This document shows positions 11,901 through 26,500 of a stretch of DNA of 64,000 nucleotides, piece after piece (the stretch's first letter is position 1; every line of letters begins with the position of its first letter). The translations under genes and the position numbers were made by a program. The DNA is from Takakia lepidozioides (Eukaryota > Plantae > Bryophyta), in the NCBI GenBank assembly GCA_030704615.1, contig CM060733.1, forward strand, positions 23,932,001 through 23,996,000, read 5' to 3'. The notes beneath the pieces are model-generated. The model was not told the DNA's origin. It searched no databases and saw nothing but the letters and a program-made list of their open reading frames with translations.

Positions 11901-14900
11901 CAATGGTATATGGTTTTGGAAGTTTCATCCACCATTAATCATGACTAGTACAAATTGATTTTATACATAGAATAGTCTTTAACCACAAAACCGTATAATA
12001 TTTCTATTTTTATTTTTTATTTTTTTTGAGGAACAGGGAACGCCCTGGTTAATTTATTTGAATTATTGAGGGGAAAAAAAATTAAAACCCTTGATGCCCG
12101 TAGGCTGCCATAAGGCTTACACACACGGCGTACCGTGACTGAGATACCAAGAACAATAACATGCTGCCAGCAAAGAGGCACAACAAGAACGTGCAAGGAG
12201 AGCCCGAACTATGATGTTTGGGCAAACCAAAAACTCAGAGCCAGAAGCTCCGATATTACAATCCCTAGAGCAGTCTACCAAGGTTGATTGCGGAGGGATG
12301 ATAGCGAGCCAAAGAGACATGACAAACTGCGAAGAGCCCAAAAGCCCAATAGCCCAGAGATCTATCTGTAGAAGAGGTTAGTCTTCGTGGAAGCCTTAAC
12401 ATGCTTCCAATTCACATCTGACTTGTTCTACTTAGAAAATGAAACATTTAACCTTCTCGGGTACATATACATGTTAGCTTCAAAACAAGAGAAATTTGAA
12501 ACTCTTCTTAAATTAAATTTTTTCCCTATTACCCTTCGGGCCTTCGGGATCAAGTAACACCATAAGTTACGTTAGCAAGAGTCCACATATGTTTTGTTTT
12601 TTTTTTAATTTCCCTATGAAAAACAAGCATTGCTAAGAAATACCTTGTTTAAAATATTACTTGGTACGAGATATAAATATTAAATAAATATATAAATATA
12701 TAAACCAACCACACCTGATTGTTGACAACTAAGTGAATGCTGCCCCCAGTTGTATAATTAGGAAGGTCGCTCAAATGGAAAGTTTCGTATACCACACCTT
12801 GTCCAGAAAAACTTCCATCTCCATGTAATAATACTGCCATGCTTTTATGTCTATCTTTGTCATTTGTGTAGTATTGTTTGGCGCGTGTCTTTCCAATCAC
12901 AACTGGGGCCACAGCCTCCAAATGACTCGGATTTGCCAACAAGGATAAATGGATTTTCTTACCACTTCGTGTTGGCCGATCATAGGAAGTCCCCAAATGA
13001 TACTTCACATCTCCACTTCCTGTGTAACCACCCCCCTCGCCAATAGGTTTGATCCCGGCACTAAATTCACTAAAGATGTGTCTCAAGGGTTTGCGCACAA
13101 CATTTCCTAAAACGTTGAGGCGCCCACGATGGGGCATACCAATAACGATGCTTTCTACGCCACAATCAGCAGCTCGATCGATCAACTCCTGTACACCAAA
13201 ATTTATCAACAGACAAACATAAAAAAATACTATATATATATATATCATGGTGGGCATCTGCATGCCCCGATTTTAATTTTTAGACAATTGTCAAGTGTTG
13301 GATGTTAAAAGACCTTAGATAAGAGAAAAATGGTCATGGACACATACACCTAAAATCTCTAGTGACTTCAAATCTATACATGTAATATAGTATGTGCTAG
13401 AATAATATATTGACATTGCATATTGAGAAACACAAATAATTTAACAACCATTGTTTAGAATTTACACCTAAACAAATATAACATAAAGTTGTACATACCT
13501 TCATCCCAGGTATAAGGGTTTCGCAGCCTTCCAACCCAAATCGTTTGGCAGCTGTCCATTTTTGGGCTAGAAAATTCTCAAATAATGTGCCCCACAATAA
13601 CCGGTCAAGAATCTCTGAGCGCTGACTAGGGGTGTATTGTATAACCTGTAGATATAATTTTGTATCCAAACTCATTGATACTAACATTCATTTTGAAGTT
13701 GCATACTCAATATCAAATAGACATTAATGCTCGATTGCATGATGAGTTCAAGTCTCCCTTAGTGTCAACAATTGTTGCATGTTATGGCAAAAGATCCCCG
13801 AAAAAGTCAAAGATTAGTAGCATATTAAAATGAAATCATATATAATTAACCACCCCCTCCTATAATTGAAGATTTTACATTTTAGTGCAAATCTTCTATA
13901 AATTCTAGGCTATATCGATGTGAAATTTTATAAATACTCCCCTATACACCTAGAAGATGTCACCTTCCAAATGGAAGGCGGTAGCCTTTTGGGAGTGAAG
14001 TGACAACATAAGTTACATTTCTTTCGCAATAGTCTTCTTTCCTATCTTCCTTCCTCTATATAGACATATGAAGTTTTTTTATGAAACACAAAGACCCTTA
14101 CCTGGTTCTCAATTTGTTCTCTTAGCCAATTGCACTTGTCACGGTGAGGGATGTGCATGTATTCATAGCCAATAGTCCCACAATAAGCTTGCTCCAAGCG
14201 TGATAAAATTGATCGTAGTTTTTGGATTGGATCATTTCCACCAAGAATCCCTGTCATTGCCTCGACTCCGACAGAAAATTCACGGTCCATGTCGGCATCC
14301 ACAAACCCATAGCTCTTGAAGTCTAGTTCAGAGGGTGTTGGTCGATTATCCAATCCCAAAGGGTCAAGTTTTGCTTTCATGTGACCATTGACTTGATAAG
14401 CCCTCACCAACAACAAAAGTCGCATGCTATCCTGAATACACAGATGTCACTAGATAACTACTAAGGATAGACAATTTTATTTGGTAAAAATGAGGGAAGA
14501 AGAGAAAGAAAATATATATGCAAAGACAAATAAGCTTTACTAAGAGAACTAACATTCTTCAAATGAAATTCCAGAGTGTGATAGTATTTTGGTCCTGAAT
14601 AATAGAAAATAGCAATCACTTCAAGTCTTAGGATTTAAGATGAAAAGTCAATAGTGATTACATTGATCCCTAATATCATTCAATTGTAGGAGGTTGAACG
14701 ACTTCTATGGTTTCTTGTAACATATTATAATTCAAAATAAGTTTGTCTAATTCCGTCCCAGCTTTGCAATAGGCATATATTACCTGTGCTGATTGACCCC
14801 CAGTAAGCCTTGGACTTCTTGAGGTTGCCTCTGATGTCCCTGTGAAATTCTTGAAGAAAACATCCCATGATGCATCCACACTATTGGGATCCGCTTCCCA

Positions 14901-15269
14901 CATCCGCTGAAGCTCTTCCAAAAATACACTACTTGTTCCATCTAAGAAATTGTCCTTTAATTTTGAAAGAGGAACTGTCCTTGGATGGGGTGTACCCTGA
15001 CAACTCAGTCTGTTGCCATGAAACGACCTTGTGACTTGTGGTCCTTTCTTGTGGTAGATCTCTGGGCCCCCTCCCAACAAACCTAAATTATATATAGAAC
15101 ATCTCGCATGTTGGGAGAAAGTAGTATAATTTGATTTTGAATGGGACAAGAGATGCTCGAGAGTGCTACCAAGATTATGGTAGCGATGATGAAGCGGAGG
15201 TCTTAATGTAGTATGGGAGCTTCGAAAAATTGTCTTGGATGTGAGCATAGATGCCCTATACCACGCCAT
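5979..15269 (-). CDS. OGDH: 2-oxoglutarate dehydrogenase E1 component, mitochondrial; 13 exons, 1058 aa
   Basis: Exons 15269-14784, 14431-14102, 13645-13499, 13188-12715, 11653-11460, 10949-10895, 10223-9997, 9671-9339, 8839-8593, 8128-8000, 7776-7561, 6601-6478 and 6193-5979 join in frame (3177 nt). Motifs include [64 protein letters not shown] and [10 protein letters not shown]. Confidence 0.95.
12005..12360 (-). mobile_element. Possible 3' end of a retroposed element in OGDH intron 4
   Basis: A GC-richer block in an AT-rich intron. On the minus strand it ends in AATAAATTAACCAGGGCGTTCCCTGTTCCTC plus an A-rich tail (T-tract 12005-12027). No recognisable protein motif. Confidence 0.3.
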
Positions 15270-16685
15270 TTTGGTACAATCACATCAAGCCAATCGACAC
15301 TTGAGATGGGGTGCACAAACCTTTCAAGTTTTGGCATTCTTCATGTAGCCTCTATATCCGAAAAATACATAGAGATTTAAACCTTGATTACCAAGGCCAA
15401 GCCTCCCAATAAATGTCAGCGATCAACTTGAATTGAGGAATGTCAATGACTGGCCCGATCATCATGGTTGCAAAAAATATGACAAGAAGACACACCTTCT
15501 CGCTCTCTAGTCTACATGATGGCGCCATAACTAAAGCTCGTAGCTTCCCAATTGCTAGGTTCAAATCTTGTGGGATAGAAGTATAACATGATTTCAAGAG
15601 AGAAGAGGTAGAGAAACGTGATAAAAAAAAATTCCATCGAAAGGTAAAATGTTACAAATGCAATGATAGGTTCTAGTTTCTAGGTTTTGAATAACTATTT
15701 GATACTCAGAATACTAATTTATGAAATAAGACTAAATAGACGAGTGTTACTTTGTTGTATTGTATCTCGAATAGAGACCTTGAACTATTTGTATAGAAAA
15801 AAAACTCTTAGGTGGAGATTCAATTATATGATTATACGATAAAATAAGATAAATAAAAACTCCAAAGTGCGGTTAGATTGCATATCTCCACCATTATGCA
15901 CAATCTACATATCCATCCGGAGAAAGTTATTTTTATGGGAAATGAGTTTCTCCAGTGAAAATATTTTTCAATATTTTTTAATTTTCGTTCTATTTTCCAC
16001 CCACGAACTACACCCAACTATACGTGATATATCTCATCTTACAAAATGCTGTCGAAAAAAAAGAGAGAAAAATGCTGTCACTTATATTAAATTTAATAAT
16101 TTAATAAATATTTAATTATTATATATTTGATGTTTTACGGTCTCCAACACTAAGAGTGTGATAACTTTTTTCCTCTCAATAATTTCACGTAATTCTATAT
16201 GTTTAAATTACATTCAGAGACCATGTATCTGATCTGCCCCAAGCCCGAGTATGCAGTTTGGAAATGACCACCAGTTATTCTTATTTGGTGAGAACTGCCA
16301 GTTATTTAAGATTTTCACTGATGTATGGAACCGTAAAGAACTTTCAGCTTTTTCCCTCAAAGGAAACCAGTGACTTAAACCTATGAATCTACGCGCCAGC
16401 CTGGCGGGTAGATTATAGGGCTCATTTCGGTAATCCCCTCCACTCGGAGGCTTACGCTAAACATATAATGTTAGGTAAGTATCATGTGAGCAAGGGAAAA
16501 GCCCAAAGAGCACAATCCATGGTTATAGACTAATACGCTTGCAAACGAAAATACAAGTCCTAAGCTGAGTGTATTGAGGGCGATTATTAGGTTTAGGGGA
16601 AGGGCAGCTGATGAGGCCCTTCCACCGTTTAAGAATGTGTGAACGAACTAGATGATGAAACCCTAATTTATGACAAGCCTCACGT

Positions 16686-19358
16686 TTACGTGGAATGACC
16701 CCAAGCGCCTTTGCCTCTCGAGAGCAGAGAGGCATACAAGAGCTCGTTCCAGGTATCGGGCACGCCCGGCAGGCACCAGTGGCTGCAGTCCTGCTTTCGG
16801 ATCGGCGTTTTGGTTTCACGGTTGTCTCGGTAGTACAGGGAGGCATGCCCATCTGCCCTGTAATTAGTGGAGGTGGTGATATCAAGATATGTGACAGCAG
16901 CCTTCTTCTTGACGTTCTGCTTGATTTCATTGGCAACGACATCATTAGTCCATGGAGCAGGCCATGAGGCCGCTTGCTCCGTCGATATGGGGTGTGTCTC
17001 TGACTCACAATGGCCTCTCGACTTTCGAGCGCCGCCACTGCACAAACCCGAAGAAGATCACTCAAAATTATTTGTCCTGGCTGCTTAGTTGGGCGACCAA
17101 TTTACATAGGAATGTAAGATTTTCGAATCCCCATACGTGTATGCAGTTTCTCACATATCTAACTATGAACTGATTGACCGTGGGTACATCAGAAGCAGAT
17201 AAAAATCCATGCATCGGACCATGAGTGGAAACTGGAAACCTACAGAGAGCCAACCAACCTCCCACCAACACATTCGAGAGCGCACAGTTGAAGACTTGCA
17301 CCCCACTTGCACAGGAGTCAAATTTTCTTTTCGTTATAAAGTACTTGAGAATGTGGGGGGCAGAGAACTTCACCGCACAGTCTACACATGCCCCAACATG
17401 CAGAGCTGGACTGCTAGGTCTACACAAATCTTGATAAACGGTTGATTCATTAGATATAAGCTAGAAAAGATTGCCTGAGGTGCTCTAAGTAAATGTCATC
17501 TGGAGTATGATCCAAATTTTATATAGAGCTAGCAAGCATAATTATAACTTGTACAGCAAGGTGCCTGAAGGTACAGCAAGTACCTGAAATGAGCAGGAGA
17601 GTAGCTTCGGAAAAAGACCTGTGTCTTCTGTGGGTTGATGTTAGAGTCCACCCACTTGCCCCATGTTCTTAACGATTTTACAAAAGCAATTTCAATCCCC
17701 ATCCCCATCTTCACTGCACCTCCCTCCAGGAAATAACAACCGCTGCCATAAGAAACACCCGTCAATGAAATCAAAATACCCACTTCAGGATCATCAGATA
17801 CTATAGCAAACTATGGAAGGGGTGCTTCACCTAGCACTACGAGAGAAGCTTACATCTTAGTAGTCTTGTCCCGAGTCCACCAATGCCCGGCATTGAACAG
17901 CAAGATGTCGGCACCCCGCCATTTTCGTGATAGCCCATCCATCGAGTCCACGTGAAGTGCACAACTCATATTGTTCGGCGATTTAGGGGGAGGTCTGCCT
18001 TGGGCGATGAGATAGGGAGCGCGGTAGTATTCAACCGTGCAATCGTAGTCAGGAAATCGGAAGGACAAAAACCCCTTGTGTTTGGTGATGGCCTCTCCAT
18101 TAACCTCATAGATGCGGCTCTTGTTTCGCACTACTGCAGCAAGCATGCATAGCATCGATTCCCATTGATTGCGTCCTATAGAATCCCCGACAAAAGCCAG
18201 GCGAGAACCCCGCAATCTCTCCAGCATATCACTGGCATCAAATCTGTCAGTAGACAAACCAGAAGCATTAGAAAGTTCGGAAATAGATTATCCGCAGCAA
18301 GATCTCTATGATGTTGTGATACATGAATCAGTTGGGTGTGCAGTATGCACTGGGTTACTGTCGTTGTGCCCACAGTAACACATGCAGAAGGTATGGCTCA
18401 CGAGTATGAGTTCTAACTAGCTGTAACCAAGCCTCCATACAATATCAGGTTCTTGGACAGTTGACAAAACCTCTTAAAGTGCAAGCAAAACAAACCTGGT
18501 AAGGTTGCAACCATGAGGCTGCCAACGATACTTCATGAAGTCCGTGTCCGGTCTAGCATTCTCTTGGCAGCGGAAACCAGGATCCACAAAGGGGCAATTC
18601 TCGGATCTATAGAGGGGATAGGACTCATCATAAACCCATTCCCCTTTAAAAAAATTGCAACCTGAAGACCCCCGCGAAGCAGCAGATTCTTTGTCAACAG
18701 GTTCTAGAATCAGTTCTATGTTTGGCTGAGGTTTTCCAGCCTGGGGTGTTGTCACTTCCCCTTTCAGATCGTCACTAATCACAAGGGGCAGCTCTGATAC
18801 TCTAGCTTCTGTATAATTTGAAGCCATAATACTTCCAGGGATGTCAGCTGCCACAACGAACCCAGGCCTTTTTGTGGCTAATTCTGTTTCATTACGATCC
18901 ACCCAATTGCTGAGGTCAAGGGCAGGCGGCTCCAACACATTGATCTCTAGTGTACCGTTCTGGGAACCTGAATCAAGCAGCAACTCTTGTACAGATGCGT
19001 CGTAAGACGCCTTGGGATCAGAATTCTCCTCGATTTCCGGGTTGTTAGTTGTATGGTAGTTGTAAGGGAGGTTAAAAGTCTCTGGCCCCCAACTAGAATC
19101 CTCGGCGAGATGCGGAAGTGTGGAGTGGGGCGGGGATGAAAGAGACTGAACCTGAAGAATATTGGACTCGGGCCTGGAGTTGCCTTGGTGCAAGAATATT
19201 TGCTCCGAACATACAAAACAGATCAGTAGGATAGCGATACTGAAGGCTAGAAACAGTGAAGTCCCATAGAATTGAAAGTCACAGGATGCTGATTTCCACT
19301 TCCACGGGCTACTGCTGACTTTCGAATCCAACTTCTTCTGCCCAAGCCTTAACGCCAT
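16686..19358 (-). CDS. Trichome birefringence-like (TBL/PC-esterase) cell-wall O-acetyltransferase; 4 exons, 587 aa
   Basis: Exons 19358-18496, 18243-17854, 17742-17584 and 17037-16686 join in frame (1764 nt). It has an N-terminal TM helix, a PMR5N-type C..F.G.WV.D.SYPLY...CPF segment, [12 protein letters not shown] (GDS) and [15 protein letters not shown] (DxxH). Confidence 0.93.
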
Positions 19359-22210
19359 TGCACCGGAGAATTTGTCCTATCTCTGAATGCGGACAATAAC
19401 AGCTCGACCTTCTACATAGAGAACCACTTCTTTATAAGAGAAGACATTCGATCTCAAGCTCTTCGAGATCATCCGTGTCATTCCTTGCTGGGCATCATGC
19501 AAAACGAACCCTGATTTGAGGAACGCGTATCTCCTCAGACCCCGGCCCGAGAGATTACGAAATCTGATGCTGTCGTTACCGAGACTATCAACCCCTCATG
19601 TCATATATACACCTAATGAATGGAAGGATCAGTTTGTCAGTTCTGGCTAAGCAGCAGAGTCGCAAAAGAGAACTTGTCGCGATTTCAGTTCTCAATCCGC
19701 CACAGGAGATTCACAAGTTCATTCCATGAAAGAAACCCATCTCCGAATTTGTGCCTGCAGGCTTTGCTCACTGCAGGAAGCAAATGTATTTTAAAGGAAA
19801 AATCAAGGAATCATTCTCGAGCAGATGTACAAGGCAAGCTCGTGAGATCCTTTCCAGTACACAAACTTGTGCGAGGTCAAGGGCTCGACGACGGGCCCGT
19901 CGCAAATGCCCGACATGAATGATACCGAACATCCCATCCCATCGGAACACCTGAGGTCACCAGTCCATTATCTCTCCCCACTAAAGCCCATTGATCACAT
20001 CTACTTCGACGGAGTCCTCTTACATTATGCACACTCTCCGTATATATTTAGATCCAATTCTTGTCAGTAGTATACTCCAGCTCCGCTGTCTCAAGAATTC
20101 TCCACTGCACCCACAACAATGAGCGAATCTAGAATCCGATTTTCGAAACCCAACTTCTACATCACCCGAGGATTCAGCAGCGGCATCATCTCTCTCTCTC
20201 TCTCTCCCCAAACACGGGTCTATACTGCAGCGGCTGTTTCACCTACTGCAAGCTTTTCACCTTAAGATGACTGCCCACGTGTAGCGTATGAACTATGAAC
20301 AAATCAAATCACACTACGGCATTTTCATTCCTCTAACTATCAAATACTTGCTAAAACACATTTCACGACGTGGATCCTTCACAGCATTTTCTAAACAACT
20401 GAACGAAAGATGCGGGAATCCTCCAGAGCCAGGACTCGAGATTCATATCTAAACTACCGAAATTTGAATGCAGCCCATCACAGGAATCCTCCGCAAGATA
20501 GTGTGACCTCGGAACCTGTCGGCCAAAAACACGGACACATATATCATACAAAACTTGTGATTCTCTGTTACAAGTGTTTGATCATCAGTTTTGTAAAACA
20601 TTCCATATTATACCAAAGTCATGTTCTGGAAGCATGCGTGTTTGCCGTGCTGGAATGGAAGTCCTTGACGCTCCGACCCATTCAGCGATTTAGACAAAAC
20701 TTATTATACTCTTTATTCAACATCCGTGGGCCCTCCCTGTCTGTGCTGGGAGACAGTCATGGGCTGGTGATGGGATCCGAGAGTGACCATCTTTTTCTCG
20801 CCCAATAGGGACCTTACACTCGCATCTCTCACACAAATTGGGGATAAGTGTAACGCTTTTGTTAGGAGCCCACCAACATGGCACTCAGTCGGGCCAGTCC
20901 GGATCTCGCCCACTCATTCTCTTTCCTTTCTTCAGTAGGCTACCCTTGCTTCGAACACCTTTGTACTACCGGTATGTACTACTCAAATACAGAGTCAATG
21001 TTTCTGAATCTGACACTGGCACTGGAGCTTACAGGAAAAATGACAATATATATTGCTCGCATTTTGCTGAAGACAAGGTGCCTTTTTGGCGGACCCTTGT
21101 CCCATCTCCTCAGTTTATTAAGTAAAACCCAGAAAAGGAGTGAGATTATCAGAACGTCACCCCACCCCACAGACGCATTCCTCCCTTTGGCAGTCGTAGT
21201 TGTTTGCATCATCAGTTCAACACTTTCTTAGCACATGTGCCCATTGCGCAGCGGAAAACAAAGGCGTTGGAAGCCCAAATGTATATTTTCTGTCTTTTCT
21301 TGTAGCCTTCTTAGACAACGATTTCTGTTGCTTTACAAAAGGCTCAAGCTCTATCTATTTTATGTCGGGTAGAGGTTGCCAGTGCGGCTTCATCTTGCCT
21401 TCGGGCACTTTCTGACCCATTCTCTTTCCTGTTGTCTGACCTTCTTCAGGCAATAGGTGATACTAAAATAGTTTGATTTCTTTTTGTCAATATATCTAGC
21501 TATGTGAGATTTTGTTTCTCCTCTTGGGGACACTTCTACCCATTTGCACAGTCACCCCACTTGGGTCTTTTGATCAAACTATGTGGAACTTTGCTTTTTC
21601 TTTTGGAGTGTAAGCTGTCTGACTCTGGATTAACCGGGCAGGCAGTCAAAAGATCAGTATACCTTAATTAGTGCCCATCATACCTTGAGTTAAGGTACCC
21701 CCATATCAAATGAGTACATCAGAATGATTTGACAGCTCAGTTTGCATCTTTGTTGGGCAGGACTACACAAAGGGTGTCTGTAGTTGAGAACTTTTCACAG
21801 AGCCATTCAACATCTGACAGATATTGGGTGACCTGTTTGGATGAACTTTCAGTTTTAATTCATGTGCTCGCCCGACATAAGGTTTATTTTCTCATTTCTC
21901 AATCCAGTCATAAGTACAATTTTCATTGGCCCTGCCGGGATTTGTGAGCTGTCGCTCCCAGGTGTTTCCCTTCACAAAAAAAAAAGAAAAAAGACGGGAC
22001 TATGCAACAGGTTTTGATTCTTAGCCCCTATACTCTGGAATGTCAGAATTCACATTTGGGATGGAGAAGAGAGACAGAGCTGATGAATGGTAGCTCAAAG
22101 AGTGCTGGTTTGCTGGCATGGACTCCATCTTGTCGTCATACCACTCTTCCAATAACTGAAATGCGAAGGACGGCCGCAGCCCCAATCCTTCCCACCTGTT
22201 AGCTGCCAAG

Positions 22211-22213
<3 letters not shown>

Positions 22214-22248
<35 letters not shown>
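22214..22248. repeat. (GA)n microsatellite
   Basis: Uninterrupted GA run. Confidence 0.95.
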
Positions 22249-22249
<1 letters not shown>

Positions 22250-22432
22250 ACTGTAACCTAGAAGCGCTATCTGTACAATATACTGTACAATAGATGTTAG
22301 CCAAACATGAACATGACAACGGAAATGACCTTCCGCTCAAGCTGCAGAAGACAGAGCAGAAAAAAAAAAAGCTCATGTCACACCCAAAGGGGACAGTCAT
22401 CTAAACCCTGGAAAGTTCATGTGGAGAAGAAG

Positions 22433-23190
22433 GGGAGGGCTCACATTATATGCCCCTATTTTTGAAGTCACATGCAGCAACCGAGTTAATCTTTGGGACC
22501 AAGATGTAAGTAGCCTTGCTAAAGTACTTGATTGGGGCTAAACCCACTCTTCCTCCTGTATTGATTTGGGCTAAACTTGTCTGGCCTATGTGACAAATTT
22601 TGCCAGGAATCAGGGGTACCCATAAAATACTTTCCCAGGATTTGCTGTGGAGAGAAATATGGGTTAGGTGCCCACAATCCACTTCTCCCCAATATCCGAA
22701 ATATTGTCTGAATGCCGCCCCTAAAGGGCACACTTCCATGGAGCTGGTGACTTGTCACATGGAAGAGACTCTTATTTTATAAAAAGTGTTCAAGACACAT
22801 GAGAGGCACATGCTGAGATGGAGGAGAAGGGGGGCGTCATGGGGTGCTCATGGTGTCCAATTTCTTCTAACCTAATGTGGGGTATTGAGAGTCATATCTA
22901 CGCCCTCTCCCAATGCCCTTCAGGTTGGTCACAAAGTGCGCTGCTCTCTGTCTCTCCCTCTAATACATCTTCCCGAACTGGGTGCGGGATCTATGGCCAC
23001 AAGGCTACATTTTGTCTCTCTCAAACTGGCGTCAGCCCCTGACAAAGGTAAGTTCTGTCCCTTTGGGTTCCGCTCAAACTGGGCACGGGGTCAATGGCCA
23101 CAAGGCTACGGCAAACAACGTCTTATGAGTACATTCTCTCTAGAAAACCTCTGTGCGCTGTCCCAGGTAGAGCTAAACATGCATTTTGGA
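22433..23190 (+). pseudogene. Inverted, decayed copy of the PIG-A upstream region, exon 1 and part of intron 1
   Basis: 22816-23190 matches the reverse complement of about 27660-27951, with indels, a stop and a ~100-bp insertion. 22433-22812 matches the reverse complement of about 28343-28490 in blocks (GGAGGGCTCACAT, TCACATGCAGCAAC, ATCTTTGGGACCAA, ATTTTATAA.AAGTGTT, AGGCACAT). Confidence 0.85.
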
Positions 23191-23538
23191 TGTTCTGGAC
23201 ATTACATAAGATTCACTCATATGACATACATAAATGGAATGACATCATGTGATTAACGCTATGAAAATCATGTCAATGAACTATCAAACTCACTTTCACA
23301 CCTTAACTTTGGGCTCATTGGACTACGTGGCGAGTTGTATATGCTGGGTGGCAAAGTGCTGTAATCCTTTTGGTGCAGTTGAAAGGTGGATAATCTACAA
23401 GTATGAATGTTAAGTAACTGTCACTACCAGACTCCTCAAAAGCTTTGTGCAACTCTTAATGGGACTGCATCTACCTCTATGGAGCTCTCATCTTAGTCTC
23501 CGACATTGAGTGTTTCCATGCTATACCAAGAGCTGAAA

Positions 23539-26500
23539 TTATTCCACCTGGTCAGCGAGAGACTGTTGTAGTGGCAACTCGGGGGCAACTTCAACTTCAT
23601 CCGATGGCTGTTGTTACAAATTGCAACCGAGAAATGGGAGTTAGTCATAGGAGGATGCATTGACATTCCTTCCATGCTCCCTCCCTGCCTGCTAGATTAG
23701 TCTATTGCAGGAGGCCAAGAACCAGGCTCAATTGTCTCTCTCTCTCTCTCCCTCTCTGCTGGCGACAAGTTTTCCAATGTGACTGGCACTGGTACCAAAT
23801 CCTCAACATGGGTATCAGTTGACACGAAATTACTCAGTTCCAATTTACTACCAACAGCACCACCTGCAGCTGGTCTACCTCAGGGCGATTATCGTGACCA
23901 GCTAAGATGAAGCTAAATCCTGTGTACGTTTTAGCTGTTCATAACTGAAGGGACTTTCACATAAGATACATTCACATAGGAGATTTTGGCGACTGACTTT
24001 GAAAGGATATGCTTACTGCACCCATAATTGTGAAGCATTGCCACACAGGAATGGAGAGAGGGAGACAAAATTGATGGGTCCACAAATTGGAAATGAGAGG
24101 CACCTGCCACCACTCGAGGAAGCACCAAATAATGAAGTCAAGCACCACCACCAGACAAAATATTTTGCCTGCCCATGGCCCACAGGCGTAGTACCTGTTG
24201 ACCCCTCCCGAAAACATGTGCTTCAGATCTTGGTTTGACTGAGTATTGATGTACACGATAATGCCATGACTCATACACATTTGCCACCATCAAGAAATGC
24301 AGGATGACCAGAAGTATAGTGACCTAGCCCTTTCTACCTCCTTGACCCACAATTTCTCGTGAGGGAGCTTACCAAGAGAGGCGAAGCAGGAAATCATCAT
24401 CATCTGAACTAAGAGCATGGTCATACACCAGTTCTGTTCGCTTGGCCACATCCATCCAGCTATATAGATTCTTCATCTGCAGCAAAAATACAGACAAGGA
24501 TCAGTGGATCAAGGAGGATAACAGTCCACATGAACTTATACACATCCCAAGCAGAGAAGAGCATTGAGAAACAGCCAACATAAAATCTGCAGCATAGAGT
24601 CATCTGAGAAAGAAAATGTGAAATTTAGACATACACGATTGTGCATGGAGAATGGGTCCACTTGGGGAAGCAGCTCAATAGCCCGTCCTATAGCAACCAC
24701 CATATCTGTGGGCACCGGCTGTGCTAACACTATCATGTCAGGGGGTAGCACCTGGAACACCAAAAGAAAAGTTCAAGGAAGAAGCCCATTGCCACATTTG
24801 ATGTCCTCTCACATTCCAATATGGTTAATGAGGCTTAACAATATACCAAAACTATTGGTCTCAACTTTCCAGTCCCATTTGCCAACTCTGAACCCAGTGA
24901 GGAGGTCCCATTTTGCACTGCAAGCACTTGACTTACAGCACAAAATCACAACTTGTTGTGTATTCATAAATTGTTCTGACAAACCTGAGATGCACAACAG
25001 CCCACAACTCTTACTGCTCGACGTTCAGCCTGAGACTGGATTGTGCAAAGCTCTCTCTAAGGACTAGTTTCACTGGTCTAATCCGCACAAAGAAGTATAG
25101 GAAGGTTAGAATCTAGTGGGGCTAGACTCTGCACATTGAACAAGTCAGTCAGTGAGGTTCTTGTGTATCAATCCCCTAGATATGAATCCATCTCTTATCA
25201 TTAGATGATAACTGAATATCAATTCTTCTAGGTATGAGCATCTATAGATTAGAGGAGAGACATGGAAGCCATACATGCCTCGGGGACACCACCCACACTT
25301 GTGCTTACGGTGAGAAGCCCACAGCTGGCTGCCTCCAGTATCGCGATGCAAAATGCCTCCGTCAGTGAGCTGCTACCCATTTTCATCACAATGGAACTTA
25401 ACTTGTGAAGAACAGAGTTTTGTAAAGAGAATGTACTCATATGATGTTATTTGCCGTAGTTTAGCAAAGAGACAGAGAGGAAGAAAAGACATACATGTAA
25501 ACATTCCACTGGTCTTCCTAGGTTATAGATAAAAAGCTGAGCTGTACTAGATCATATCTAGTGTACCTGTTAAGAAAGATGTGGCCGCGCACCAAGACTG
25601 AGCTAACCTCGGCATGTGGAACTGCCCCTAACATGTCAACACGATCTTGCAGCCCGTGCTTGTCCCTCATCTCTTCAAGCCGCACCCGCTTGGGACCATC
25701 CCCTCCCACTATGAACCGCACCTGCAAACGCAACTGACCGATTAAAAATTCTGTTGCGACGTAATAGTCATAAGCTCTTGTTCAACTGATGGTTCTACTA
25801 CAGAACAAAGAAATTAGGGGTCAGTCTCATATCATATATTGGTGACTAGTGGATAGCAGCAACAATCTGCTTTGTATTCCATGAAAGTGCACTAGTATCA
25901 CTTCTTGAACTGAATCTTTCCTGTTGATATCTTTATGTGGCTAACTCCCAACGCTAGCGCGCAAAGGGCTCTTGAAAAGGATGTGAGAGCTGGCTTTGAG
26001 GACCAGATGAATAAAACAGCTGTTCACCTTTCTCTTGACCTGGGAGCCAGAGCAAGTGAGCCCTAAATAATACAACCCATGAAGCCAAATCATCAAGCTA
26101 CAAAGAGATCTCTGAACCTACTGTACAAGACTGTCAAATGGCAGGCAATTCTCAATACATTAATCTTATACACTGATGTCAGTTGGGGACTCACCAAATT
26201 TGAAACATCATTCTTCTAAGCTGATGCCAGTTGGGATTCACGGGATGGAGCCACATGAAGCCTAGTTGGCAACAGACACTAACTACTTCATGGAGTCAGA
26301 TAGGTACCCTTCCAGTACAATATCCACTAACAAAAGAATACAGATTTGAAATCATATAAGGAATTCAAAATTCCAGTTCTGGCAGTAAAGAACAGTGATA
26401 CCATCAAATAAGGACCCATTCATAATCAGCCATCAAACACTTCGCTCTATCATGATAGTTTTGAATTGAAGAAAAGTATTGGGGTGTGAAGCTTCACAAG

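Noticed and set aside
5800-16300. Visibly AT-rich OGDH locus as a foreign or horizontally acquired segment
   Set aside because: The gene is a normal spliced plant-type OGDH, and composition was not quantified.
19400-22400. Short ORFs upstream of the TBL gene
   Set aside because: No recognisable domains or consistent exon chain; likely UTR, intron or promoter.
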